Shown here: positions 49,849-62,399 of the stretch, piece by piece
Numbering within the stretch: the stretch's first letter is position 1
Layout: each line of letters starts with the position of its first letter
From: Hydrolagus colliei
Lineage: Eukaryota
Length of the DNA stretch: 64,000 nucleotides
Assembly: GCA_035084275.1 (NCBI GenBank)
Contig: CM068757.1
Coordinates: 4,154,001-4,218,000 of the forward strand
Reading direction: 5' to 3'
Notes under the pieces: model-generated
What the model saw: the letters and a program-made list of their open reading frames with translations, nothing else
What the model was told of the DNA's origin: nothing
Database searches by the model: none
Program-made: the position numbers and the translations under genes

Positions 49849-51499
49849 GTGAAAAGGAATTTCATTCCAATAGTGTATTCTTACCAGCATTAGCATTCTT
49901 TGTCATATACCATTTGAGAATAGATTTTTTTCATGATGTCTTCCACCAAATGCTAGAATTAGGGATTCAAGTAAAATGCTTATGTTACATACTTGAGAAA
50001 GCTGCACTCCATATGTGAACTCGCATATTTAAAAGGATCTGTAGCGCTGCTCGCTAACTCTGCTCTCCAATGAACACAAATCCTTTCCAGCATTAGAAAC
50101 TTAAAGAAGTTGGTCTTGAATAATTGACTTAAAAGTTTAATAAGCAATTTCTTCATTTGCTTATTAATTTTACCCCAGTTTTAGTTTGGCCTAAGATTGG
50201 GTCTTTCATATAGTATTACTGCAAAGTCAAACTAGAATTGGGTCTAGATTTACTGTATTAACAACAATTGAGATCTTGCAGAGTTTGGTAAATTGTTGAA
50301 TTCAGAGATTTTAAAAAAATTAAACAACTATATTTATAAATTTAGGCGAATTTTGTACTCTCTAAAACATTGTTAAATTCAGGTGGAATTTCTTTCCACT
50401 TATATTTTACCTCATGTTTGGCTTTGCTGCAAAACTTGCTGTAGCACAACTGTACTGGCTCTGAAGGATGAAAAATATTTGACTTTGTGGAAGAAGACTT
50501 GCAGCCCAGGGCTAATGTATTAAACACAACAACAACAACAAAATTACATTTGTACAGAGCCTTTCACGTCGAGTACAGTTTGCAGAAAGGGTAACTGTAG
50601 AAGTAACACACAGTAGACTTTAGAGAAAGAGGATTCAATGCGCACAAATGTTATTCGCACATTATTTCTGGAGAATCTTTGACGTGCATCATTATGTGAA
50701 GTGGTAGGACATCTAAAAGATACTGTGCACATACTGTGAAGAATTTACTGAAAGAAGTTCAGCTGGATTATTTATTTCCAAGGGGAAATAAATTAGTTAA
50801 TTAGATAATAGATAAAGTGAGGCTTTTTGCTAAGCTAATGATATAAAGAGAATCTCTCTGAAGTTGTATGGTTGGCTCGATGCCACTGCCAATTTGAACA
50901 CATGCTGATTTAAACTGCTCGACTCGTGACAAAATTACCCCCTAACAAGCGATGTATTCTTTCTCCATTGGGCAGTACTTCTGTCCATTTACCACCTGCT
51001 GTCCAGCGTCACTGCTGTACCTCGGTTCATTTCACAAGAAGAGATACTCTACGCCATTGTAGATACACCCAAACAGCATATGCAAGCAAAGAAATTTATC
51101 TTTGGGAATTATTACAATTATGATGGATACAACTTAGCTGAAGGTACTGTACTGGCCAGCAGTACAAGCAGGGCACTCAAACAACTGAGGGGACAAGATT
51201 ATTGACCTAGATTATAGATTGACCTGATCAGATGTGGCACTACCTTTATAGGATGTGTTCTCCTTCTCCCCCCAAATTACTGACAGTCTCTTGCGGCAGT
51301 TCGGTGGAACCCCATTTAGTAAACTCATCTGTGCAGTCGGAAGAGGCAGATTTTGAATACTGGGCTTTTTTTTTTTACGTTGCTTGAACTGCAGATGTGT
51401 TTGGAGGCTGCTGCAGAAGGCAGAGACAAACAAACAGACAGAGAGAGAGATGCTAATTAACAAATTTATTTGAAACTCAGCAAATCATCATGACAGTTG

Positions 51500-51641
51500 T
51501 GTGGCTGTTTGTGCAAAGTTGCAGTGCGCAGAATTAGCTGCCACACTCGCCAATAAAATACACAGTGACAACACTCCCAACGATTTGAGACATCCTTTCT
51601 GATGCGAAAATTACATAAAATGTAAGGATGATTATTATTAT
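51500..51641 (+). mobile_element. degenerate SINE 3' half
   Basis: GGCTGTTTGTG...GCAGTGCGCAGAATTAGCTGCC...GATTTGAGACATCC...AAATGTAAGGATGATTATTATT. Confidence 0.7.
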
Positions 51642-52209
51642 GGACATCATAATGGTGGACATCATTCTAAATTGAATCAGCATGTCTACTGTAGAAGGTT
51701 TTAAGAGCATACTTATTTAGAGCCACAACAGAGATGAAGTATTATTATTCCAGAGTCTGCTGTCTTCCTCGCTCTGTGAATGGAACAATATAATTGTTTT
51801 CTTGTCTAAGGCCTTGAGTGGTGCTTTTTGGGTGCCTTGCGTTTTTCTTGTGTCATCGGTAAACTTTCCCTTTGCATTTGTTGTTTTTTTTGCTTGTAAC
51901 CTGTTGCCTACTTCTCCAGTTGCCTGAACATCTGGACACATTGAAAACTTTATGTACCTTTTCCACAATGGTGGCCTGTGAGCAAAGGTCAAGTGATTCA
52001 TTTCTTGATGGAATCCGTTCAGCTTAGATGCAAATTGATTTTTTTTTGTACTGGCAGATCACAATCCACGATGTAGACTGGTTGGCAAATGTAAACCCTA
52101 ACACAGCAAAACTGTTTGAAGTGCCTTTACACTTGCCTGTTCAGATATGTAATACAACAACGATTTATATTCACATTAGAAAGAAAGTATTCTCAAAGTG
52201 CTTCACATG

Positions 52210-52590
52210 GCTATAGGAGGACGCAAGACAGAGGGGCACTGGGGTGAGAGAGTTCCAGAGAGCAGGGGTAAAATGGTTGAAGGTGAAGCGGAGTGAGCAT
52301 CAAGCAGGCCAGTTTTCCCTGACCGGCCAGGGCAGCAAGGTTGCAGGAGGTCATAAAGACGAGGCCGTGACAGCATTTGAAAGCTGGGATAAAGATCTTG
52401 AATTTGATCCACTGCAAGGACGGTGGGTGGGGGGAGGGAGGGGAGCCAGTGAAGCCAAGTGGGAGCCTATTCATGGAGCCTGATTGGGACGAGGACATGG
52501 GCTACAAAGTTCTGGTTGGTCTGCAGCGTGTGTAGGGATGAGTTGGAGAGAGCAGACCACAGGGTGTTGGAAAAATCAAGACAAGGTTAA
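52210..52590 (-). mobile_element. L2 LINE ORF2 C-terminal fragment
   Basis: The minus strand gives LHWLP-like TTGGCTTCACTGGCTCCC, WIKFKIFI (IxFKI motif), and later CCCCTGCTCTCTGGAACTCTCTC (APALWNSL). Confidence 0.75.
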
Positions 52591-52627
52591 AAGTCTTGGC
52601 AGTTCAGAATCAACAGAAGTGGTGGTG

Positions 52628-52700
52628 ACTTTGAGATGTCCTCTTGACTTGAAAGGCACATCATCAAATGCAAGGATTATTAATATTATTGTTGTTATTT
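52628..52700 (+). mobile_element. SINE 3' tail fragment
   Basis: CTTTGAGATGTCC...GAAAGGCAC.ATCAAATGCAAGGATTATT. Confidence 0.78.
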
Positions 52701-53874
52701 TAAATCCTCAACTCCTACCAGAATTCAATAACTGTGCAACATTCAAAGGATACAAGTGTTTGATAATTATTGACAATACACAGATGACCACACTACTCAC
52801 TGATCCGAATTGTAATTCCGCTAGTTGAATACATCAATATTTATTTCCTCTGAAGACAATTGGAATATCTGTCGCGTCACAATTCTTGAAAGCAAACATC
52901 CCTTTTTTCTCGTTTCGACACTTCATCACTCCAGCCCCGCATCTTAAATCAGTTATACTCACTTCGATTCACATCATTTATCACATAACACCCCTGAGGC
53001 CACGAAGGGATGAAAGTGCAAGTGAACACATATTAGTAACATGAGAGTGCTGGCTTACACATTGCTCCTGAACATGTGCTGCAAGAATCAGTCCATTCAG
53101 GTCAGGTTCATTACTTCAAGGGCCATGATACACTGCTGAAACTGTTAGGCAACCCCAATGTGATGTGAACACAATGACGTCATTCATAGCGTGTCACTGT
53201 GTGGCTGTCTCACTGTCGGTGGCACGAATGTTAAAGGGTATAATAAAAGATTTCTGTCTGGCAAAACCCATCCACAAGATGTCACACTGCAGCAGTCACA
53301 ACATCTACTCAAACACCTGTTGGATGATGGCCTCTCTGATGGCCTATTTGGTTCCAGGTAGAGTTCTGAGTAGAATGTGTCTGACTTCTCATGGATTGTA
53401 TATTATACAGTAAACCTCACATAGTTTGTATCAGTTGGGGCCTTGCAAATAATGTGACATCCAAACTATGAGTTATTGTCGATCTCACATAGAGTATAAA
53501 CTCTGGAAAGAGGCTTGGGCAGATGCCTGACTATGATTATGATTTATATACAGATCAAACTTAAGCGAGTTTTACTTTAGTTGCATTTTACTGTGTTATG
53601 GATCTTCAAAATGTTTCTGTATCGGTGTGACTTCTTTATCAGGAAGTATGGAAATGTAGGCTGATGGACTAGTTGTGAAAGGTTTCCCTTCTCCCTTCCA
53701 AAACAGTATTTACTCCACTCTCCAAGAAAGTTATTTTAGAGGGTGCTGCCCATCCATTCAATTTACATTAGCAAAAGCAAAAACTATTTATAGTACAGTA
53801 CTAGGTTTAGTTATTGCTCACTTTAAAATATTTGGGTACTTCTGGGACATAAATGCTTCGTAAACTTGGAATAA

Positions 53875-54173
53875 TAGCTTAGTGGTTAGAGCACTCGCCC
53901 TACAAGGGTGAGACCTGTGTTCGAAACCAAGCAGATCAGGGCAAAACCTTGGGCAAATTTCCTTAATCCACATGCCTAATAATAATCCGTCTAAAAAAAA
54001 ACACAACAATAAAAATTGGTACTGTTTGTGGGATACTGCTGTGCAAAATTAGCTGCTGCATTTCACCCAGAATTATACAGTCAATTCACTTTACAATATA
54101 TTCTGTGAAGTGCTTTGAGACATCGATAAAATGTAGAAAAACACTATATCAAATGCAAGGATTATTATTATTA
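53875..54173 (+). mobile_element. near-full-length SINE (first ~10 nt missing)
   Basis: TAGCTTAGTGGTTAGAGCACTCGCC...GTTCGAAACC, core GGGATACTGCTGTGC, tail CAAATGCAAGGATTATTATTATT. Confidence 0.92.
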
Positions 54174-55850
54174 ATATAGCAGATTAATACTTCAGAAGGA
54201 AAGGTTAGTGAGAGATCTAGAGCCACAGATAGTCCATCTTGCAGCCTGTTGAAGACTTGACTCATTCAGTGAGTCTGGTGACTTCAAACACTGAAGAAGG
54301 TTGAGATTCAAACCCACGGTGACCCTGAGAGTTCAGAGACCAGTAACTCTACTGTTATTATTATCAAGCCATCTAAATCAATGCCTTATTAGAAGAACTG
54401 TTTGAAAACAAAAGAACATCTATGTTTCCTGCAAGAAAAAACCCAAATAATTTTCCTTTTTTTTCTAATGTCACGTCTTGCAAAGGCACAATCCCCAAAT
54501 CCAGCCAGAACACAGGTACAGTACACAAAACAACAATGTCTCTTGGGAAATTGGGAATTATTTTATGTGTGTGTGTGTGGTGGGGGGTGCGGGGGAGCCT
54601 GATGGTGGTGAAATTCCCCTGCAGTTCTCAAAGAGTTAAAAAGCCATCAAGACTGCCAGGAGGAAGAGAGTAAAAGTAACCACTAACTGTATTAATCTGG
54701 GAGCTTCTCTGGAAACTCAGTCCGGGGAGCCAAATTCCAAGACTGATTCCTAATCCCCTGTCTTGACCTAGGGTTATGCAGCCAGCTTGGTGTTGAAAGC
54801 TTGTGCTCCAGGCAAGTCCAGCAATAGGACCTGATTGGAGAAGGGAAAAATCTCTGATGCAATAAGGGTCAACCAAATTAACAATCAGAGGGCATTGGCC
54901 AGTATAAGCTCATGACTTTTTTCTAAAACAAAAATAGAACATTCAACTCAGGTCAGTCTTAGAATAGAAGAGTTTCTTACTGATGACCTCTTTGTGCCAT
55001 TCAGTATTTTTGTGAAGTTGTTCTTTCTTACTTTTATCGAATTTTCTTTCGTGACTCAATTACAATCACATGTCGAATAAATCCTGGTTTAAAAAAAGAA
55101 CTTGCCTCCTTTAAACTTTGGTTTCAAATGCTATGCAATTGAACAGACGTACCAAAAGTTTCAAAAGTCGAACATAACAAAAGCATCGGAAGACTGTTTG
55201 AATAAAAGTTCCCAATGCAGTTCTCTGTGTTGGTTTGAATGCAGCCTAAATAAATGAGGAGGAAGGTTGTTTCTTCCTGATGAATTCGCTAAGTAAGAAT
55301 TGTATTTCTATTGTCTTAATGTAAGATGAAGCAAATCCAAATTGATTATCTCACAACCCCAAATCTCCTCCGAAATTACATGTGTATCGGTCTGATTACT
55401 TATCCTTCCAGTCACTGCAATAAGTGACTGACTGAGAAACAGTAGCAGACACATTGAGTGAAAAGTGCCCCTTGATATTTGAAATGTGCAACTGCTAATG
55501 GCTTTCAGAGGGAGACACATGCTGCTGTTAATGCATTTGTTAGGCAGTAATGCTGGACATTTATTATGTGTTGATTTCATTGCCTCTAATAGGAAAGTCA
55601 ACTACCGTATTCCATTAGAAAGGTCATGTACAAATTACAATATTGTTTTAAGGCTATAAAAAGAACATGTTGCTTGGAAACGACACATAAAAAGAGGCAA
55701 TTCCAAAGAACAGATTTGAACGTAATGTTTAGGACCTTTTAGCCCAAATAATCGTGGGTACTATCTTTCTCCTTGGGTGAAATTAAATGGGAAAATGCTA
55801 GTGTGCAGTGGACAGCGAGTAAAATTACATCTAAAATGCCATTTCATAAC

Positions 55851-55898
55851 CTCACTTCATTCACACAAAAATGACATATGTGTTTGAAATGAAGTGAG
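55851..55898. other. short inverted repeat / hairpin
   Basis: CTCACTTCATTCACACA ... TGTGTTTGAAATGAAGTGAG; the outer 11 bp are perfect. Confidence 0.65.
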
Positions 55899-57753
55899 AT
55901 GACAGAATCACACGGTAAGTGTGGCTGAAGACTGCCTTCCCTAAAGAAATTCATTCGCTATTTAATCCTGTTATTCACAGATGCTCACTCTCCTCTGTAT
56001 TCCTGCCAGAGACTGAGCTGCACTTATGTCACAGCTGGGCCAAACTCTATTCCTCTCTGCCTCAAACCCCGAAATCTAGACTCAGGTGGATTATATACCT
56101 GAGATCAGGGATTAAAATAATTACACAATGTTGATAAAACTGTAATGACTTTGTACACAATTCATTGTATGGTTACAGTATTGTAGCCCGCTTTTTTTTC
56201 TTCTGACAACAAAGAGGAACATTGCAATTGCATGAGGCTGAATTTTGTTTTTAAAAAATCTCAATTTCTGCAAAATGTTCCATTTTAAGATGAAATGATT
56301 GTGTAGGTCAAGAATGGGTGGACTTTTGAACCTTGTATGTATTGCATTAGTCATTGAAGAGATCACCTGTATAAGATATTTACTAATATTGCAAACATAT
56401 GCACGGTGAATCTTATTTATATACAATAATTAAAATACATTTATTCTATTTTTGACTTCATCTTGGCTCTATCTGCCAAGTATAAAATGATTTTGATTGA
56501 GATATTTAAATTGAATGTGCAGACAATTTAGAGTAGATTGCTTCCAGGTGAAGTGGTTTGTTTGTATCCAAGCAAAACTCTTTCAGACTAGTTCCTAAAT
56601 CTGTGCAAATTGTGAGCTTAATCTGTTTGAAATGGAATCATTTAAAAGTTGGGGACTGGGTTTAGGGGGGTGTCCACAACCTCATATTGACAGAAATGTG
56701 ATTTTTTGCAGACATTGGAAATAGGAAGTGTAATTACAGATAATTACACAAAGCCAAACAAGTGCAAGACTAGAGGTGCCACAATTCATCATTCACCTGA
56801 GGGTTGAGATTGTACGAGACAGCGTAACATCTGTACATGTTTTATGCTGAAACATGAAAACTGTAATTCTTAATGTAGTCCGACCAAACTTTGACTTCTG
56901 ACAGTACCTATGGAAATTTCCCAGAGAAATCAGAAAACAATGTGGGTTTAGCCTCTCCTGAGTTCAAAGTCTCCTTGTAGGTAATGACTGTTGATAGTTT
57001 TTTTTAAAAAAAGTTTAAGTACAAGTTGCTGAACAGCTTTGAAGGGAACCAAAACTATGTCGCTTGACTTAAAGTTAGGTTGCTGATCTTGCTTCACTTT
57101 TTTTTGGTGGGCTTGGAGTGGGGAGTCTCTCTGTGCTGTATCTATACGACAATATACAGTCAATCATAACATTCAAGTCGCTTTTCTCCTGAGATATTTA
57201 ATTCAACAAATGCTTACATAGTTTCTTGCACATTACAAATTATCTGGTGTTTGCCGAGAACATTGATCATGAAATAATTTCTTGGCAGAGGGATTAGGTC
57301 AAGCAGCGAGGGTGAATTGGAGGTTTTCAAGGCACTGAATGTGAGTCATGTTTGGGCATTGTGTCATCAGTCCCTGGTCATGTTTAGGTGAGAAGCCGTA
57401 ATATAATTGCTATTCCCTTACTCCATGGTAAATGTTTGACTTTAGCTACGTTTCCACCTCTGCAGCGAAAATCAGCTCTTTAATCCAACATTCACTTTTG
57501 ATTCGGTCTGACCAAGCCACACAAACTGAAACAAACCTGAAACTGAAATAGGATCTGCAGTGACTGATACTCAATCCATTGTCTGCAAGTAGATACAGAA
57601 AAGACAGTTATAATGATGTTTTAAACTAGAGCAGTTAAAATATTCAACAGATGGTTTGCGTTATTTTGGATGCAATTGTCACCTCTTTAAATGTCATCTC
57701 TGTTTAGTGATATGTATTTTCTGGATGTACAAAAGGACATTAAGTGGGGTAAA

Positions 57754-57880
57754 ATAATAATAATAATAATAATAACATAATTTTTGCATTCACATAGCAC
57801 CTTCATGTCAGCAGGACCTCTCAAAACACTTCACAGGAGTTGCTGTAAAGTGTATTGATTGGGTATTTTGTAGGTGAACT
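57754..57880 (-). mobile_element. SINE 3' tail with (TAA)n
   Basis: (ATA)n...TTGCATTC.CATAGCACC...CTCAAAACACTTCACAGG...CTGTAAAGTG. Confidence 0.72.
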
Positions 57881-58029
57881 TATTTCCAAGTCATTTCTCA
57901 ATGTTTCTCGTTTATCAACTAGTTATGGGGATGCAATTTCTATTTTATTAAACCAAGCCATTTTGTTGAATTGAATCTGAATGTAGGCAACGTTTCAGGT
58001 GCAGCAGAACAGATTCACAATAGAACAAG

Positions 58030-58432
58030 AGAAACGTAGGGCAATTTCAGGACAGATACCAGGAAATATTTCTCTACCCATGGGATAAATGTGGATCGAA
58101 GCGCTCTGAGGCGCCATCCGCCGTGGAGGGCGCTATATAAATTGAAGTTGTTGTTGTTGCTATTGTTGTTGTTGTAATTAACAACTGGAACGGGTGGGTT
58201 GCCAAGTACAATTTTTTGTTAGATACAAATTTTAGAATGCTTTTTAGCAAATGGCTGTTGAATGGAGTTGTTTAAAAAGGAATCAGATAGATATCAGGGA
58301 AAATAATCTGAAAGATTATTGGGAAAGAGCGAAGGAATGAGTTTAGAGCAGATAGCTCCAGTAGGGGAGTTGGCATTCCTGCCACTGGCTGAAAGATCAC
58401 CTTCTGTGTTGCAAACACTCTGTGATTCAATT
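58030..58432 (+). mobile_element. old CR1 3' end interrupted by an L2-type mini-tail (58099-58175)
   Basis: TTCAGGACAGATACCAGGAAATATTTC (FRTDxRKYF), then the insert, then ACTGGAAC...TTTAAAAAGGAATCAGATAG...GATAGCTCC...CCTTCTGTGTTG...TGTGATTC. Confidence 0.75.
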
Positions 58433-59571
58433 ACCTTCTCTCCTGCCATTTCTCTTATTTATTCTTTATGTTCTTTCTTGTTCCACAAAACGACTGAACA
58501 ATGTTTTGATTAAAAAACTGTGGGGATTAGGATCATTTTTAAAATAGGATGAGCAATTGCAGTGGATACATGTAATTCAATGTTAATCCAGTTAACCCTG
58601 GAGGTCCAACAACCGTAGAAATTCAAAACATTTTCTCGTTATAAGATCCTGCATTGTTTAGAAAACCTATAGTGAATTGTATACTAGAAATACTGTATTC
58701 TCCCGTCAAGACAAACAAAATGTATAGCGTTGGAATCAAAATAATTCCACTGGTTTTTAATCTATGAGGGCAGGAACTTGTTGTGATACCAAACGCCGAC
58801 TTCCTTCGCAAAAGAATACATGAAATAGGCGTTGGGTGATTGTGACTTGCTGTGTCACGGAGCAAAGACTAAAACATTTATTTTCAAATGAGGGTATTCA
58901 CAAAGCTCAAATCTGCTCCCAAATACCAAAGACAGGCAGGGGTGTAAGTATTCTATAGGCTGCAATAGAACATGGATATATTGGTCCCACTACAGCGTAC
59001 AGTGAACACAAACATCACAGAAATCACTGCACCCACATAGAATTACTAATTATTCTCAGTCACTCCCCATCCTCGTGTTCTCTTAGACTCTTTGACCCAT
59101 ACCTGCCTACTGACTGTCCCTCGCGTATTTCTCAAAGAGCATGTGTGACTGCTCCATGACCTAGCTACCTCTGAAGTAATCCTTGTTTCCGAAATGTTCC
59201 ATTCGACCTACTTTTTCCAATCTATTCCCCTGGAATCTGTCCGATTCTGTTCATTGCCTGCAAAAACGAGTCATAAATTCTGAAATAATTAGAGCTGATC
59301 TTTTTGGTGAAAACAAAATACTCATGGGTACTCATGGATCAGAAAAGTTAAAATAACAAGCAGCTTCCTGCAACAGAATTTTCATTTCTTTCCTTGTGGT
59401 CTTATTTTGACAAGCCTGTCCAGAAGGAAATTCAACTTAATGTATCTGCGTTGTAAAATAGTGTACTTGATTTGTATGTTTAAAGTTAAAACTACCGTGG
59501 CATGAATATATCTGTCTCTCTTTATGAATCAAATATCTGCTGTCGAGATATTGTAGAATTTAAAGAAATTG

Positions 59572-59620
59572 GATGTTACTGTAAAAGTGCTATATCAAAT
59601 GCAAGGATTATAATTATTAT
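59572..59620 (+). mobile_element. SINE extreme 3' tail
   Basis: AAAAGTGCTATATCAAATGCAAGGATTAT. Confidence 0.72.
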
Positions 59621-60350
59621 CCTGCAACAATTACATAAAATATTAAAATTATTTTTCTGATACGCAATAGAATCACACTATCGTGTTTCAAAAGGATGCC
59701 ATTATTCCATTACCAAACACATCAACTTGGAGTAAGCACAGATCCAATGAGACGCTGCTTACGTTGATAGGCTTTAGGAAGAAAAACATTTCTCACTCCT
59801 ATTCAAAATCATACAGTACTATTGAGATGAGTAGCCTGGATAGTGCTGCCCTATCCATCCTCTGTAACATTCTTGGGACGAGAAAACCCGTGGGACTGTG
59901 TCAGGAACAGCGCAACAAGTGGTTCAAGCGCCAGAGTCAGACCTCGGTAATTCATAGCACACACTCAACAGTTGCTCACTTGCACCTTATCATATCGATA
60001 CAAAACAAAATTCAAACAAATACTGTGCCAGCGGCAAACATCCACACATTGCTTCTCACACCTGTCAAACAGACTCCCAAATACTGTCAATGCCTTTGCC
60101 TCTATCGCTGGTGGCAACAAACTCCAAATGCAAGGTTAACCATCACGCACTCAACCAAGATTTTGGATGAAGCGCGGAAATTACTTGTTCTTTCAATTTT
60201 CGAAACAAGCTTTTTCAATTCCCTCTGTAATCGTCTCTTTGCAGTGCCCGAGGAAATTTCTTGTGACACTTTCTTCCCACTATTTTCTGATAAAATATCA
60301 ACACCTATGAACAAAACAGATTACTCTTTTGACCCAAGTACAAAAATGAT

Positions 60351-60410
60351 CGCCTTGGGACATCCTGCTGACGTGAAAGGCGCTATACAAGTGTCATTTT
60401 GTTGTTGTTG
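60351..60410 (+). mobile_element. L2-type 3' tail (second variant)
   Basis: CGCCTTGGGACATCCTGCTGACGTGAAAGGCGCTATACAAGTGTCATTTTGTTGTTGTTG. Confidence 0.78.
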
Positions 60411-60621
60411 CAGCTAAAAAAAAGTCTTCCCGACCAGCGGCATCCAGACACATCAGAGTAGTTGGTAGAAGTATAAATTGATTGGATACATTCACAGCAT
60501 TTTGAGTTTGCTCATTGCTGATCTCTTTATATGACAATTTCTCTTTATAATTAAGTTGGCAACAGAATGGTTCAGTGCATTGGTGATGTGATGAGTTGCG
60601 CTGTAACTTGGAGTAATAGTA

Positions 60622-60725
60622 GAATAATAATAATAATCCTTGCATTTGATATGCTCCCTTTCACGTTGGGTGGATGGCTCAAAGCATTTCAGGATTTACT
60701 GTGAATTGTAGTGACTCTATTTTGA
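60622..60725 (-). mobile_element. SINE 3' tail fragment
   Basis: AATAATAATCCTTGCATTTGATATG...TTTCACG...CTCAAAGC. Confidence 0.78.
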
Positions 60726-62080
60726 AAGCAAGCGGTAGGAATATGTGTTGGCAGATCTAGTCTGTCGCATTCTCAGACAAATTTGCAATGTGAGCTGTTC
60801 TTGCCAATGAGAGTCAAGGGCAAGGCATGCTTGCCTGCTGCTGTCCGCCTCCTAGTGACCAGATGAAGAACAGCATTGGCAAATCATCAGCAGCCATCTC
60901 ACCCTCTCGTTGTGGATGGTGAGCGAAGCGAGAGACTTTAAAGGGCTGGGCGAAAAATCTTAAAAGAAAAATAAGGCAATTTAAAAATAAAATCCGGGAG
61001 GGTATCAGGACTGTTGGTTGGCTGGACCTTTGATTTGATCGAAACTTTTCATCTGCACAACTACTGAAGGAACTAATTTGTGTGAATAATATCACCCAGC
61101 TGTCTGTGGCTTTGTAATTAATAACTGCCCCTTACCATTGCTGACAGGGGAAGGTAATCTCCCATTATCTACAGATGCTTTGAGATTCCCAAAATAGCAC
61201 GACTGACATTTGTCTTTTCTTTCATCAGAGATTACAAGAATCATCTGCCAGCTATTACAGGCTGTTCAGCTCTATCGCCACACTCAAGTTTTAGAAAGTA
61301 CAGTTTGGATACGTGGGTACTTCCAGTTAATGCGGCTTGAATATAATGATAATAAATGGATTCATGTTATCAAACATGATAGAATTATGGGACATTCACA
61401 ACGCAGGAAATGGGATCTTATCAGCAGATAATGCTTCTGTTATTTGCCACAGTAGACACATTACCCAATCTTAGTAAATATATTCTGTCGAATGAGAACT
61501 TATTTGGTGACCATTTATCTTATTCTATACCACAATATGATGTTAGATGTGATGTTGTTTGCCTGCTAGGTATTTATCCTTCACTATATCTTTTCAATAA
61601 CAACAACAACAAAATGACATCTGTATAACACACTAGAATGTCATGTTGGTGTCAGGAAGGAAATGACTTTACAAGCAACACAGTAAAGTCAAAGCATATT
61701 GTCTTCTTCAGATGAAAAGGCAACAGAAACAATTTAACATTATAATAAGAAATAGTCACAAAGTCCTTTTGATAGCTGACCCATTAAGAGTTTGAATTTG
61801 ACCCATTGGAGTAAGATGTATTTGAGTGCCGAAGTGATAAATACAGACAAGCCACCTCAAAAAAATTATTATGCATCTGGTTTAAATGTGGACATCTCCT
61901 TTGTGGTATAGTGTGCCAATGAAACACACCAATACAAACAGGTGAATTGGAGGCTGCATATATTTGCAATAGAAGGAAAGCATAAAGTAAATATGTTTTG
62001 CTACAACAGGAATCCGATCCGCTTCTCGCATTTCAGCACACAGAGCGATTTGGGTTATGCTGCGAGTTACAGTACACCTC

Positions 62081-62399
62081 TAATAATAATAATCATAATC
62101 CTTGCATTTGATGTAGTGCTTTTCACGTATTCTACACGTCTCAAAGTGCATCACAGATTATACTGTAAAGTGAATTGATTGTATATATTTGGGCAAAAAA
62201 CAGCAGCTAATTGTGTACAGCAGTGTCCCACAAACAGACATGGATTGAAAAGACCAACTTGTTATTGTATTTTTGGGGGAAGGATTATCATTAGGCATGT
62301 AGAGTAAGGAAACTTTCCCAAGGTTTTGCCCTGCCTGGAATTGAACCCAGGTCTCTCACTTGTAAGGCGAATGCTCTAACCGGTTAGCTACAGGACTCC
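62081..62399 (-). mobile_element. full-length tRNA-derived SINE (main family, variant head)
   Basis: Reverse complement begins GGAGTCCTGTAGCTAACCGGTTAGAGCATTCGCCTTACAAGTGAGAGACCTGGGTTCAATTCC, then core and CAAATGCAAGGAT(TAT)n tail. Confidence 0.92.
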
